A stretch of DNA of 64,000 bases from an uncultured Candidatus Rokubacteria bacterium (GCA_963789955.1 CAWBMV010000037.1:288001-352000); one strand, 5' to 3'; positions 31,412 to 43,761 are shown, counted from the first letter of the stretch. Program-made: numbers and translations. The notes: generated by a model not told the origin, from the letters alone.

Positions 31412-31494
31412 CCCCGAAAGGCGGCTGCCGCAGGTGTGCGTAACCCTACGAAAATGTACCGCCTAAGAATGTAGCACGGCTGGAGATCGCAGTC

Positions 31495-31800
31495 TTGCAA
31501 CCAGCCGAACAGGAGCCGCGGCCGCCATCGGGTTCAGTTGCGGAGTCGGTGTCACCACAGAACATGGACGGGTTCGCCGACGAGCCGGCGCTCAAGGACG
31601 TGTTCTTCGAGCCCGATCGCGCGGACATCGTCCACGATGGGGCCACTACCATGGCGAATGCCCGCTGGCTACTCACCCACTGGCTGATCCTCAATCTTGA
31701 CTACCTGGTGCTCATCGAAGGCCACGCGGATGACAAAGGAAGTCGCGAGGACAACATCACGATCGCGGAACTGCGGGCCAAGGCGGCGCGTGCACTTCCG
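31495..31800 (+). pseudogene. Degenerate OmpA/Pal-like fragment
   Basis: LKDVFFEPDRADI, VLIEGHADDKGSREDN...RAKA. Lacks both ends. Confidence 0.6.
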
Positions 31801-31909
31801 TATGCAGCGCAAGTGATGGTAGGCGACTGCCGCGACCTGCACTCCCCTGCCCCGCATCGTGGCATGGGATCAAATCGGGCATGAGACGCAAGTGATATCA
31901 TCGCGCACA

Positions 31910-32780
31910 ATGTTCGCCCAGCAGCTCGTCAACGGGCTGATGCTCGGCGGCGCCTACGCCCTGGTCGCGATCGGCTACACGCTCATCTTCGGCGTGCTGA
32001 ACCTGCTCCACCTGGCTCACGGTGAGGTCTTCATGGTCGGCGCGTACGCCGGTCTGGCGCTCGCGCTCGCCGGCTTTCCGCCGTGGATCGTCCTGGCCGG
32101 CGCCATGCTCGCCGCGGCCGCGCTCGGCGTGCTCGTCGAGCGCGTCGCGTTTCGGCCCGTCCGCAATCGCGGAAGCCACGTGACGCCGCTGATCACCACG
32201 ATCGCGGTCGGGCTCGTGCTGCAGCACGTCGTGGTGAAGATCTTCGGCGCGGAGCCGGTGGCCTTCCCGGCGCCGTTCGCCTCGGCGTCGCTCGACTCTC
32301 GGCCCCGTCACGCTCTCGACGCTCCAGCTCATCATCCTCGGCACGTCGGTGATGCTGATGGCACTGCTCGAGGTGTTCCTGCGATCGACGTCGACCGGCA
32401 TGGCTATTCGCGCGACGGCCGAGAACCAGACGGTCGCCGGGCTCATGGGCATCAACGTGTCGCTGGCGATCGTGATCACCTTCGCGATCGCCTCGGCGCT
32501 CGCCGGAGCCGCCGGCGTGCTGCTCGCCTGGAACTTCACCGGGCTCAGCCCGTTCTTCGGCGTCAAGGTCGGCCTCAAGGGGCTCGCGATCATGCTGCTG
32601 GGCGGGCTCGGCAACGTCACCGGCGCGATGGTCGGCGGACTCATCATCGGCGTCGTCGAGGTGATGAGCGTCGCCTATCTCGCCTCGTCGTACCGTGACG
32701 CGTTCGCGTTCGCGGTGATGATCGTGATTCTGCTCGTGCGCCCGACCGGCCTCCTCGGCGCTCGCCTGCAGACCGGCTGA
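31910..32780 (+). CDS. livH: Branched-chain amino acid ABC permease, frameshift near 32300
   Basis: QQLVNGLMLGGAYALVAIGYTLIFG, AHGEVFM, GMAIRA, LGGLGN. Confidence 0.88.
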
Positions 32781-32787
32781 GACGGCC

Positions 32788-33642
32788 GTGCTCTCCGATC
32801 ACACGATCTCGATCCTGATCTTCGCCGGCATCGACGTGATCATGGCGCTGTCGTTCTACCTGCCGGCCTCCGCGGGCCAGCTGTCGGCCGGCCAGGGCGG
32901 CTTCATGGCGCTCGGCGCCTACACCGCGGCATACCTGACCGTGCACCACGGCGCGCCGTTTCCGCTGGCGCTCGCCGCCGGCGGGCTCGTCGGCGGGCTG
33001 GTCGGCCTCGCGGTGGGCTTTCCGGCGCTGCGCCTGCGCGGGCTCTATCTCGTGCTCGTCACCTTCGGCTTCGGCGAGGTCGTACGCGTCATCTTTCTCA
33101 ACGCGCCGGCCTTCGGCGGGCCGGCTGGATTCGCCGGCATTCCCCCCGCGACCACCATCTGGCACGTGCTCGGTCTCCTGGCCGTTCTCGTCTATTTCTT
33201 CACGCGGCTCAGCGGCTCGCGTATGGGTCGCGCCTTCGCGGCGCTGCGCGACGACGAGGCGGCCGCCGAGGCGATGGGCGTGAACTCGACATACGTGAAG
33301 CTCGCGGCGTTCGCGGCGGGCGGTGTCATCGCCGGGCTCGGCGGCGCGCTCTACGCGCACTACACGTTGTTCATCGATCCCGAGGCGTTCGGCGTCGGCC
33401 GGTCGCTCTTCGTGATGCTCTACGCGGTGTTCGGCGGCCTCGCGAGCTTCTGGGGCGCCATCGTCGGCGCGACGATCCTCTCGATCTTGCCCGAGCTGTT
33501 GCGCTGGGTGAAAGACTGGCGCGAGATCTTCTACGGACTCCTGGTGCTGACCCTGATGCTCGTCCGGCCGCAGGGCTTGCTCGACGCAACCCTGCTGGCT
33601 CGGCTGTCACTACGCGGTGAGCGAGCCGCTGCTCGCGGTTGA
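32788..33642 (+). CDS. livM: Branched-chain amino acid ABC permease
   Basis: GQLSAGQ, LRLRGLYL, GRAFAALRDDE. Confidence 0.88.
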   Translation: MLSDHTISILIFAGIDVIMALSFYLPASAGQLSAGQGGFMALGAYTAAYLTVHHGAPFPLALAAGGLVGGLVGLAVGFPALRLRGLYLVLVTFGFGEVVRVIFLNAPAFGGPAGFAGIPPATTIWHVLGLLAVLVYFFTRLSGSRMGRAFAALRDDEAAAEAMGVNSTYVKLAAFAAGGVIAGLGGALYAHYTLFIDPEAFGVGRSLFVMLYAVFGGLASFWGAIVGATILSILPELLRWVKDWREIFYGLLVLTLMLVRPQGLLDATLLARLSLRGERAAARG

Positions 33643-34384
33643 AGGGCTCTCCCGAAGCTTCGGGAGGCTCGTCGTCCTCGCGAGCCTCGATCTCACGGTC
33701 GAGGTCGGCGGGATCCACGCGATCATCGGACCGAACGGCGCCGGCAAGACCACGTTCTTCAACCTGGTGACGGGCGCGCTCAGCCCGGACGCCGGACACA
33801 TTCGCTTCGGGGGCAGCGAGATCGGTGGCCTGCCCGCGTACCGGCGCACGGCACTCGGCATCTGCCGGACGTTCCAGAACATCCGGCTCTTCGGCTCGAT
33901 GACGGTGCGCGACAATGTCTTGCTCGGCCTGCACTGCCGGACACACGGCGGACTCCTGTCGCCGCTGCTCGGCGTTCCGTTCCGCCGGACACCAGCCGAA
34001 GTGAGCGCGCGCGAGCGCGCCGAGGAGATTCTCGCCCTGGTCGGGCTCGCGGACGCGGCCGGACGGCCGGCCATCGAGCTACCCTACGGCGAGCAGCGCC
34101 GGCTCGAGATCGCGCGGGCGCTGGCGAGCGCGCCCAGGCTCCTGCTGCTCGACGAGCCTTCCGCCGGCATGAACACGCAGGAGACGATCGAGCTCGAGGC
34201 GCTGATCGCAGAGGTCAATCGCCGCGGCGTGACCATTCTGTTGATCGAGCACAAGATGTCGCTGGTCATGCGGCTCTCGAAGGTCGTCACCGTGCTCAAC
34301 TTCGGTCAGAAGATCGCCGAAGCTCCACCGGCCGTGGTCCAGCGTGACCCACGGGTCATCGAGGCCTACCTTGGCAGTGAGTAG
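33617..34384 (+). CDS. livG: ABC ATP-binding protein
   Basis: GPNGAGKTT, RTFQNIRLF, LPYGEQRRLEIARAL, VIEAYLG. Confidence 0.9.
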   Translation: MSEPLLAVEGLSRSFGRLVVLASLDLTVEVGGIHAIIGPNGAGKTTFFNLVTGALSPDAGHIRFGGSEIGGLPAYRRTALGICRTFQNIRLFGSMTVRDNVLLGLHCRTHGGLLSPLLGVPFRRTPAEVSARERAEEILALVGLADAAGRPAIELPYGEQRRLEIARALASAPRLLLLDEPSAGMNTQETIELEALIAEVNRRGVTILLIEHKMSLVMRLSKVVTVLNFGQKIAEAPPAVVQRDPRVIEAYLGSE

Positions 34385-34440
34385 CGCTTGTCGCGCGCGT
34401 GAGGCGGGCGGGGCCTGTCATCGGGGGGCCCCGGGGCCGC

Positions 34441-35181
34441 GTGTTGCCTAGTTCTTCGGCGCTGCTCGAGGTCGAGGATCTGCATGTCAGCTATGGGCGG
34501 ATTCGCGCGTTGCAGGGCGTGAGCTTGGCGGTGCCGGAGGGTGCGGTGGTCGCGCTCATCGGCGCCAACGGGGCCGGGAAATCGACTTTGCTGCGGGCGA
34601 TCTCCGGGATCGTGCGGCCGCGGCGAGGCGCGGTGCGCTTCGGCGGCGAGAATCTCGTCGGCCTGCCCGTGCACCAGATCGTTCGCCGGCGTGTGATCCA
34701 CGTGCCCGAGGGGCGCGGCATGCTGGCGCGTATGAGCGTGCTCGAGAATCTTCGGATCGGCGGCTTCGCGCGGCGGGACCGAGCGGGCGCGGGCGCAGAG
34801 CTGGACAAGATCTTCGCGTTGTTTCCGGTGCTGCACGATCGCCGCGACCAGCTGGCGGGAAGTCTGAGCGGCGGCGAGCAGCAGATGCTCGCCATCGGTC
34901 GCGCGATGATGGCCGGCCCGCGGCTCCTGATGCTCGACGAGCCGTCGCTCGGGCTCGCGCCGCTGATCGTGCGCGAGATCTTTCGCATCATTCCACGCCT
35001 CACCGCGGAGGGCACCGCGGTGCTGCTGGTGGAGCAGAACGCGCGCATGGCACTGCAGTGCGCGGCGCACGCCTACGTTCTGCAGACCGGGCACGTGGTC
35101 CTCTCCGGCCGCGCCGCGGATCTGCTCGCCGCGCCGGAGGTGCAGCGCGCCTATCTCGGCGCGAGTGAAGTGGTCTCGTAG
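34441..35181 (+). CDS. livF: ABC ATP-binding protein
   Basis: GANGAGKST, VPEGRG, LSGGEQQMLAIGR, LDEPSLGLAP. Start approximate. Confidence 0.9.
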   Translation: MLPSSSALLEVEDLHVSYGRIRALQGVSLAVPEGAVVALIGANGAGKSTLLRAISGIVRPRRGAVRFGGENLVGLPVHQIVRRRVIHVPEGRGMLARMSVLENLRIGGFARRDRAGAGAELDKIFALFPVLHDRRDQLAGSLSGGEQQMLAIGRAMMAGPRLLMLDEPSLGLAPLIVREIFRIIPRLTAEGTAVLLVEQNARMALQCAAHAYVLQTGHVVLSGRAADLLAAPEVQRAYLGASEVVS

Positions 35182-35193
35182 CCGAAGACCGCG

Positions 35194-36087
35194 ATGCCGG
35201 ACCTCGCGTTCTTCGTGTTTCTCGTGGCCGACGGAGCGCTGGCCGGGTCGATCTACGCCCTCGTCGCCCTGGCCTTCGTGGTCGTCTACAAGGGATCGCG
35301 GATGATCAACTTCGCGGTCGGCGAGTGGACGATGCTGGGGGCTCGAACCGCCGCGGCGGCGAGCCACACCCTGGGGCTCGGGCTCGGCGGGGCGCTCGGC
35401 GTCGGCTGCGCCGGTCTGGTCACCCTCGCGCTCCTCTTCAATCGGATCGTCCTGCGCCCGCTGCTGCGACGCTCGCTGCTGGCGCTGATCATGCTCTCGC
35501 TCGGTGTCGGCATCTTCATGCGAGGCGCCGCGACCCTGGTCTTCGCCGGCATTCCGCCGCGCATCGCCTCACCGTTTCCAGTCGAACCGCTCGTCGTCGC
35601 CGGGGTGCCGATCTCGGTCGACAAGGTCGCATCGGCCGCGATCGCGGCCGCCTGCATCGCCGCGCTGAGCTGGTTCTTCCACGGCAGCCGCACGGGCCTC
35701 GCGCTGCGCGCGGTCGCCAGCGATCAGCAGGTCGCGCTCGCGGTCGGAATCGACCTCCATCGGCACTTCGCGATCACGTGGGCGCTGGTGGGCGTGCTCT
35801 CCGTCCTGGCCGGAACGCTCTGGAGCTTCGCGTCGGGCGGCGGGTTCGGGATCGAGCTGCTCGGCTTCAAGGTGTTCCCGATCGTGATTCTCGGCGGCCT
35901 CGACAGCCTGCCGGGCACCATCATCGCCGCGTTCGCGGTCGGAATCCTCGAATCAGTGGTGGCGGGCTACGTCGATCCGATCGTCGGGGGCGGCTTCAGC
36001 CACGTCGCGTCGTACCTGGTGCTGATCGCGACGCTCTTCGTGCGCCCGTGGGGGCTCTTCGGCCGGCCCGACGTCGAGCGGGTCTGA
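35194..36087 (+). CDS. Second LivH-type ABC permease
   Basis: GSIYALVALAFVVVYK..INFA, GLALRAVA, ILGGLDS, RPWGLFG. Confidence 0.85.
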   Translation: MPDLAFFVFLVADGALAGSIYALVALAFVVVYKGSRMINFAVGEWTMLGARTAAAASHTLGLGLGGALGVGCAGLVTLALLFNRIVLRPLLRRSLLALIMLSLGVGIFMRGAATLVFAGIPPRIASPFPVEPLVVAGVPISVDKVASAAIAAACIAALSWFFHGSRTGLALRAVASDQQVALAVGIDLHRHFAITWALVGVLSVLAGTLWSFASGGGFGIELLGFKVFPIVILGGLDSLPGTIIAAFAVGILESVVAGYVDPIVGGGFSHVASYLVLIATLFVRPWGLFGRPDVERV

Positions 36088-36101
36088 GACCGGCTCGCCT
36101 C

Positions 36102-36512
36102 TCAGGATTCGTAGACGCGGTAGCCGCGCGCGTCGCTCTGCGCGCCGTCCTTGTAGTTGACGATCCGCTTCGGCGAGGTGTGCGTGCCGAGAAGCCGAAG
36201 CACCTCGTCGCCCACGACGCGGAAGCTGTGTGGTACCTGCGGCGGGATCGCGATCGTGTCGCCCTTGCGGAGCGTGACCTTACTGTCCTCGCGGCCGTCG
36301 ACCCACGCCTCGGCGACGCCGTCCAGGATGTGCAGGACTTCCATGTAGGGGTGGGAGTGGACGGGTGCCACGTAGCCGGGCTGCGAGGTCTGGATGCCCG
36401 TGCGGATCGGCGTGGTCCCCTCGTCGTCGCCGAGGATCAGCTGGTAGACCGCGTCCGGCCCGAACTTCACGACATCGGTCTCGTCGAGGCGCACGACCTT
36501 GAGCTCGTCCAT
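36102..36512 (-). CDS. Cupin domain protein
   Basis: HSHPYME ... IPPQVPHSF. GGAGGGAG RBS. Confidence 0.85.
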   Translation of the reverse strand: MDELKVVRLDETDVVKFGPDAVYQLILGDDEGTTPIRTGIQTSQPGYVAPVHSHPYMEVLHILDGVAEAWVDGREDSKVTLRKGDTIAIPPQVPHSFRVVGDEVLRLLGTHTSPKRIVNYKDGAQSDARGYRVYES

Positions 36513-36587
36513 GGCTCCCTCCGTAGGTGTCTTCCGGCAGTCTCGCCCATGTGGGGAGCCGAGCGCAAGCTATGCCATGATAGGCGC

Positions 36588-37572
36588 ATGGCGCTGACCG
36601 CCGAGATCGTCAAAGCGAAAGCGCGCGAGCTCGGCGCCGACGGCGTCGGCATCGCGGACGCCTCCGTGCTCAACGCCCATCCGCCCGACCCGGCGTATCC
36701 GCAGATCCCGACGCGCGTGTCGCCCGAGATCAAGAGCTGCATCGCGTTCTTCAAGCGTATTCCGGCCGGCGCCTTCCGCGCGCGCGACAACGCGTGCATC
36801 CATCACGTCGACCAGCTCGTGCTGCGCGAGATGGACCGGGTCGGCTACCGGATCGCGCGCTTCCTCGAGGAGCACGACCACTGGGCGTTCCAGACGGCGG
36901 CGCAGGAAACCGTCTGGGAGATGAAGAGCGCGAGCTACGGCTATCTCTCCACGCGTCACGTGGCGATCGAAGCCGGTCTCGGCACGATCGGGCTCGAGCT
37001 GAATCTCCTGACGAAGGAAGCGGGGCCCGCGCTGCTACACGACCGTCGTCCTCACCGACGCCGTGCTCGAGCCGGACGGCAAGATCACCGAACAGCTCTG
37101 CATCGGCGAGCCGTGCTCGCGCTGCCTCTACTCCTGCCCGCCCGACGCCGTCCAGCACTGGGGGCTCGACAAGCGCCGCTGCGCGACGTTCGCGCAGGAG
37201 TTCGGCTTCTCGACGATCGTGCGCGTGTTCAGCGCCTTCGTCGGCGCCGACGGCGGCGGCGCCAAGCTCGAGAAGCTCGGCGGCCACGAGTGGTTCGGCA
37301 TCTGGCAGGGGCTGCTGCGCGTCGTCGGCGCCTTCGGTGATTGTCCGCGCTGCCTCGCCGTCTGCCCGGTGGGCGACGATTACAACCTGTTCCTCAAGGA
37401 GGCGCAGCGCGAGATCCCCGAGAAGAACGCCGAGAAGGTCGCGCGCGCGAGGGAGCTGCTCGGGATCCGGCGACGGGGCGAGCCGATCCGCGGCATGGCC
37501 GACGGGCGCGTTCGCTGGATCGGCGAGGACGGCTATCGCCCGCCGGCTCGGCGCGCCGGGACTCCCGCGTGA
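36588..37572 (+). CDS. QueG/reductive-dehalogenase-like Fe-S protein, paralogue 1 (frameshift near 37020)
   Basis: ARELGADGVGIA, HVAIEAGLGTIG, CIGEPCSRCLYSCP, CPRCLAVCP. Confidence 0.75.
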
Positions 37573-38538
37573 GCCTCACCGCCGCCGCGGTCAAGCAAAA
37601 GGCGAAGGCGCTCGGCGCCGATCTGGTCGGCATCGCCCGCGGCGAGGTGCTGGATCGTCACCCGCCCGACCCGGCGCGCCCGCAGACGCCGAGCCGCATC
37701 ACGTCTGACGATTCGAAGTCGGTCATCATCCTCGGGCGCCGGCTCCTGACCGGCATCAACCGCCTGCGCGGGCACGACGATCGGCACAAGCAGTACTCGA
37801 CCGAGCTCGTGCTGACCGATCTCGAGGAGATCGAGCTGAAGCTCGTCTACTTCCTCGAGGACGCGGGCTTTCCGTCGATCACGGTGCCGCCGGTGCATTT
37901 CGACCCGCGTCACTACGATCCCAAGGGCGACACGCGCGGGCCACTCTCGCTCGCGCACGCCGCCGTCGAGGCGGGCCTCGGCACGCTCGGCCTGAATCTC
38001 ATGCTGCTCACGCCCGAGTACGGGCCGCGCGTGATGCTCGGCGCCGTGCTCACGAACGCCGAGCTCGAGCCCGATCGGCCTCTGGGCGAGGCGCTGTGCC
38101 AGGGCGAGGCGTGCGGCCGCTGCCTGCTCGCCTGCCCCGCCGACGCGATCGGCCAGTGGACGCTCGACAAGGAACGCTGCGCTCCGCTCGCGTCGCCCTA
38201 CGGCTTCACCTATCTCATGGGCCACATCGAGCGCCTCGTGCAGTCTTCGCGTGAAGAGCAGCTCGCGCTCCTGAAGTCGAAGGAGTCGTTCATGAGCTGG
38301 CAGTCGATCCTGCGCGGCGTGGGCGTGTACTCCGGCTGCACGCGCTGCGTGGACGTGTGCCCGGTCGGGCGCGACTACGAGGCGCACTTGAAGCGACGCG
38401 CAGGACGAGATCGCCGAGCGGACGCCGGAGAAGGAGCGCCGGCTGGCGGAGATGGCGCGCCGGCGCGAGTCGGGCGACCAAGGGCCCCACTACGCACGCT
38501 CGGCGCGGTGGATCTCGGGAACCGCGGGCGGCGCTTAG
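37569..38538 (+). CDS. QueG/reductive-dehalogenase-like Fe-S protein, paralogue 2 (frameshift near 38395)
   Basis: AKALGADLVGIA, HAAVEAGLGTLG...PEYGPRV, CQGEACGRCLLACP, CTRCVDVCP. GTGA overlap with paralogue 1. Confidence 0.78.
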
Positions 38539-38595
38539 ACAGTATCCGATCGGACGCGCTGAGCGGCTCTCGGCACCGTGCTACGATCGCTGACG

Positions 38596-38997
38596 ATGGC
38601 GCTCACGTATGTCGCAGGCACGGTAACGCGACCCGGTCGACGCCGGCGTCCCGTGTCAGTTCGATTTCTCGTCGACACCGGGGCCGTCTATACGGTGTTG
38701 CCTCAGAGCGTGTGGCGTGGCCTCGGACTCAGAGGTGATCGAGTCGTCGAGTTCACGCTCGCGGACGGAACCGCGATCCGTCGCGACGTATCGGAGTGCC
38801 GCATTCAGGTCGAAGGACGGAGCGCGACTTCTCCGGTCGTCCTCGGAGGACCTACCGACGCGCCACTGCTCGGCGCCGTGACGCTCGAAACGCTCGGGCT
38901 CATGGTGAACCCGCTGACGCGGGAACTTCTGCCGATGCGCTTGATGTTGTCCGGCGTCCTCGGGGGACGACGGTCTCCCGCGCCGGGCCGTCCTAGC
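38596..38997 (+). CDS. Retropepsin-like (clan AA) aspartyl protease; 3' end uncertain
   Basis: FLVDTGAVYTVLP, FTLADG, LLGAVTLETLGL. Confidence 0.75.
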
Positions 38998-39007
38998 CGA
39001 CACCGCC

Positions 39008-39644
39008 TCACGCGAACGGGTCGTCGCTCCGCCCCCTCGCGCCACACGTATTCCATGTTGCGCGCCGAGGTCAGCGCCATCTCGCGCCCGTGCAGCCGCG
39101 CGATGAGGCTCAGCGCCATGTCGATCCCGGCCGAGACGCCGGACGAGGTCAGCACGTTGCCGTCGTCGACCCAGCGCGCCTTGCGCTTCCAGAGCACGCG
39201 CGGGCCCTGCTGGGTCACCCAGTCCCACGCGATCTTGTTCGACGTGGCGGGCCGGCCGTCGAGCAGGCCGGTGCGCGCGAGCAAGGCCGAGCCGGTGCAG
39301 ACCGTCGTCGTGATGTGGGCGCGCCGGCTGGCGGCGGCGAGGCGCTCGAGGAACGACTGGTCGGCGACGGCTTTCCGAGAGCCGAACCCGCCCGGGATCA
39401 GAAGGATGTCGTAGTCCGGGGCCTTCTCGAAGCTCCACTCGGCCCAGCTCGCGGGTCCTTCGCCGGCCTTGACCTTCCCGGCCTCGCCCGCCATCGAGAA
39501 GATCTCGAACAACGGGCGCCGGGAGCCGTCCGGCTGAATGGTCCGGCACGAGGCGAACGCCTGGACGGGACCGTAGACGTCGAGGACGGTGAAGCCTTCG
39601 AAAAGCGCGACGGCGACCCGTTGAATTGGCGGTGCGCTGCTCAT
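39008..39644 (-). CDS. DJ-1/PfpI family protein (isonitrile hydratase-like)
   Basis: LDVYGPV, IPGG, VCTGS, SSGVSAGIDMAL. Ends DDPFA* after a late frameshift. Confidence 0.85.
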
Positions 39645-40027
39645 GCGATGTCTCCGAGGAGCGGAACCTTCGCCTTCGCGTAGGTCAGCTTCTCCGTGAT
39701 GCGGCCGTTCACGACGTGGATGATGTCGAGTCCGCGCCACGCCGCCGGTCCGCGCTTGGTCTCGAGGGTGCACTGCCAGCGGATCAACGCTTTGCCCGCG
39801 GCGTCGTCCACGAAGAGGTCTTCCGTGTTGAAGCGCATCTTGCCGTGGTCGCCGCGGAACTGGGGCACGAACGCCGCCCTGATCGCCGCGGCGCCGCGGT
39901 TGATCGTGCCCGTGAACTCGTCGTAGACCGCGTCCTCGGCCATGAACGACATCACGCCGTCCAGGTCGTTCCGATTGAAGGCCTCGGTGAACTGGACTAC
40001 CAGGTCGGCGAGCTTCGCGCGCTCCAT
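39641..40027 (-). CDS. NTF2/SnoaL-like protein
   Basis: [32 protein letters not shown]. Confidence 0.85.
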   Translation of the reverse strand: MERAKLADLVVQFTEAFNRNDLDGVMSFMAEDAVYDEFTGTINRGAAAIRAAFVPQFRGDHGKMRFNTEDLFVDDAAGKALIRWQCTLETKRGPAAWRGLDIIHVVNGRITEKLTYAKAKVPLLGDIA

Positions 40028-40251
40028 TCGACTCTCCTCATTCCGTCGGCCCTGTCGCTCACGGGCCGCGTCTATCCGCCGCTGGTGACGATAACGCCTC
40101 GTTCAGGTTACCGCCAGCCCCCCTGGCCTCGGGACCAGGCGGCGCGGCCCATCGGGATCCCCGGCGGCGCGGCCGACGACGAGCCCGGGCGCACGTCGTC
40201 CTACGCGCCGACGGCGTCGGCGTGCGAAGATTCTCTTCGGGAGGTGTCGAC

Positions 40252-41670
<1,419 letters not shown>

Positions 41671-41695
41671 GCGCGCCCAGCACGGCGAGGGATCA

Positions 41696-42532
41696 ATGGC
41701 GGCCGGCGATCACGAGCTCACACCGCCCCCTGAAGTCGTCGCGTACTACACCGAGTTCCCGGAAGAAGCGCGCCTCGAGCTCGGCCCCTCACGCCTGGAG
41801 CTCGAGCGCACGAAGGAGATCCTCGCGAGGGTCTTGCCTGCTCCCCCGGTCCGAATCGTCGATGTCGGCGGTGCCGCCGGCGTGTACTCGTTGTGGCTCG
41901 CCGCGCAGGGGTACGAAGTCCAGCTCGTCGACGCTTCTCCGCGTCTGATACAAGAGGCGCGGGCTCGAAGCGCGAGATCGACGACACCCATCGCGTCGTG
42001 CTCGGTCGCCGACGCTCGACGATTGCCCCAGAAGGATGCTTCGGCGGCGGGCGTCCTGGTCATGGGCCCTCTCTACCATCTGCCGTCGGAGGCGGATCGG
42101 GTGACGGCACTGCGTGAAGCGTTCCGTGTGCTCGCGCGAGGCGGCATCGGCGTGGTGGCCGCCATCTCGCGCTACGCCTCGACTCTGGACGGTCTGGCGC
42201 GAAAACTCTCTCTGGACCCACGTTTCGCGCGGATCCGCGACCGGGACCTGGCTGACGGCCAGCATCGAAACGACACAGACAACGCGGACTACTTCACGAC
42301 GGCGTACTTTCACCGGCCGGAGGACCTTCGCTCCGAGCTGGAGGCTGCCGGCTTTGCAGAGGTCAGGATACTCGGGGTCGAAGGCCCTGCGTGGATCCTG
42401 CCGGATTTCGACGCTCGGTGGGACGATGCGGCGCTCAAGAAGGACCTGCTGGACGTCGCCAGAGCACTGGAGTCGGAATCGTCTATCTTCGGTATCAGCG
42501 CTCATCTTCTGGGCATCGGTCGAAAGCCCTGA
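41696..42532 (+). CDS. Class I SAM-dependent methyltransferase
   Basis: IVDVGGAAG, ADAR, MGPLYHL. Confidence 0.85.
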   Translation: MAAGDHELTPPPEVVAYYTEFPEEARLELGPSRLELERTKEILARVLPAPPVRIVDVGGAAGVYSLWLAAQGYEVQLVDASPRLIQEARARSARSTTPIASCSVADARRLPQKDASAAGVLVMGPLYHLPSEADRVTALREAFRVLARGGIGVVAAISRYASTLDGLARKLSLDPRFARIRDRDLADGQHRNDTDNADYFTTAYFHRPEDLRSELEAAGFAEVRILGVEGPAWILPDFDARWDDAALKKDLLDVARALESESSIFGISAHLLGIGRKP

Positions 42533-43017
42533 GCACCCGGCCCTCGGCCACGCACGTCGTCCTCGTGCATCCAGAGATCCACTGGAACACCGGGAACGCG
42601 GGACGGACGTGCCTCGCCACCGGGGCCACGTTGCATCTGATCGAGCCGCTCGGCTTTTCGCTCGATGACCGTGAAGTGCGGCGCGCCGGCCTCGACTACT
42701 GGGAGCACATCGACCTCCGGGTGTGGCCGAGCTGGGACGCGTTCGAGCGCGAGCTCCCGACTCTCGGCGAGCCGTATTTCTTCTCGACCAGAGCGACGCG
42801 ACTGGTCTGGGACGCGCCCCTCGGCGCCTCGAACGGTGTCGTCCTGGTCTTCGGTCGCGAAACCAACGGGCTGCCGGCCGAGCTTCAGGATCGATATCGC
42901 GATCGGCTGGTCGCGATGCCGATCCTGTCGCCCCGCGTCCGCTCGCTCAATCTCTCGACGAGCGTGGCGATCGCGGTGTACGAAGTGCTTCGGCAGCGGC
43001 GGGCCAACCAGCCATGA
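42529..43017 (+). CDS. trmL: tRNA (cytidine(34)-2'-O)-methyltransferase TrmL (SPOUT); start uncertain
   Basis: PEIHWNTGN, RRAGLDYW, FGRETNGLP, RSLNLS. Confidence 0.88.
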   Translation: MSTRPSATHVVLVHPEIHWNTGNAGRTCLATGATLHLIEPLGFSLDDREVRRAGLDYWEHIDLRVWPSWDAFERELPTLGEPYFFSTRATRLVWDAPLGASNGVVLVFGRETNGLPAELQDRYRDRLVAMPILSPRVRSLNLSTSVAIAVYEVLRQRRANQP

Positions 43018-43047
43018 ATCGGCGTAGTCTCAGACGGCAGGAGCCCC

Positions 43048-43749
43048 ATGGACGCGCTTGATCAGGTGCACACGCTCACCTTCGACGCCTTCGGCACGAT
43101 TCTCGATCTGGGCGGTAGTCACGCCCCGCGGCTGGGCGAGTTCCTCAAATCCAGGGGCTCCAGCATGACGACCGATGAGCTGTGGGCCCGCTGGCGGTAT
43201 CGCCAGCGCATCGAGCAGTACCAGGACAACCAGTTCTACACGGGCCACTACGGGTACCTGGATTCCTCCCGCCGTGCTCTCCTCTACACCTTGCGGTTCT
43301 CCAGGTTGCCCTTTGACGAGGCCGATATCCTCCGCATCATGGCCGGCTGGCAGGAGCTGAAGCCCTTCCCCGACGCGGTGCCCGGCCTGCAACGGCTGCG
43401 GAGCAAGTTCAAGCTGGTGGTCCTGTCCAACGGCGAGCGGGAGTTTCTGGCGCACCTGGTCAAGAACCGCATTCGCTACGACTTCGATGCGGTGATCTCG
43501 GTACAGGACGTCGGGGTCTTCAAACCGAATCCCCAGGTCTACCGCTATGCGGCTCGGATCTTGAGCGCCGAACCCGGCCAGCTGCTCATGGTGTCGTCCA
43601 ACAGCTTCGACGTGGTAGGGGCGCGCGCCTCCGGGTATCGTGGCGCCTACGTCAACCGGTACGACCTTCCCTACGACGAGACGCCGTATCGCTTCGACAT
43701 CGAGGCTCGCGACTTTCTGGAGATGGCCACGAAGCTCGGATGCAAGTAG
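43048..43749 (+). CDS. Haloacid dehalogenase type II-like HAD hydrolase
   Basis: FDAFGTILD, LSNG, FKPNPQVY, VSSNSFDVVGA. Confidence 0.85.
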   Translation: MDALDQVHTLTFDAFGTILDLGGSHAPRLGEFLKSRGSSMTTDELWARWRYRQRIEQYQDNQFYTGHYGYLDSSRRALLYTLRFSRLPFDEADILRIMAGWQELKPFPDAVPGLQRLRSKFKLVVLSNGEREFLAHLVKNRIRYDFDAVISVQDVGVFKPNPQVYRYAARILSAEPGQLLMVSSNSFDVVGARASGYRGAYVNRYDLPYDETPYRFDIEARDFLEMATKLGCK

Positions 43750-43761
43750 GAGGCACTTACC

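Noticed and set aside
38950..39414. Long C-terminal tail on the aspartyl protease
   Set aside because: Runs antisense through the DJ-1/PfpI gene; probably a lost stop codon.
40095..40200. glnA (glutamine) riboswitch suggested by CGTTCA upstream of gdh
   Set aside because: The downstream conserved purine-rich elements were not seen.
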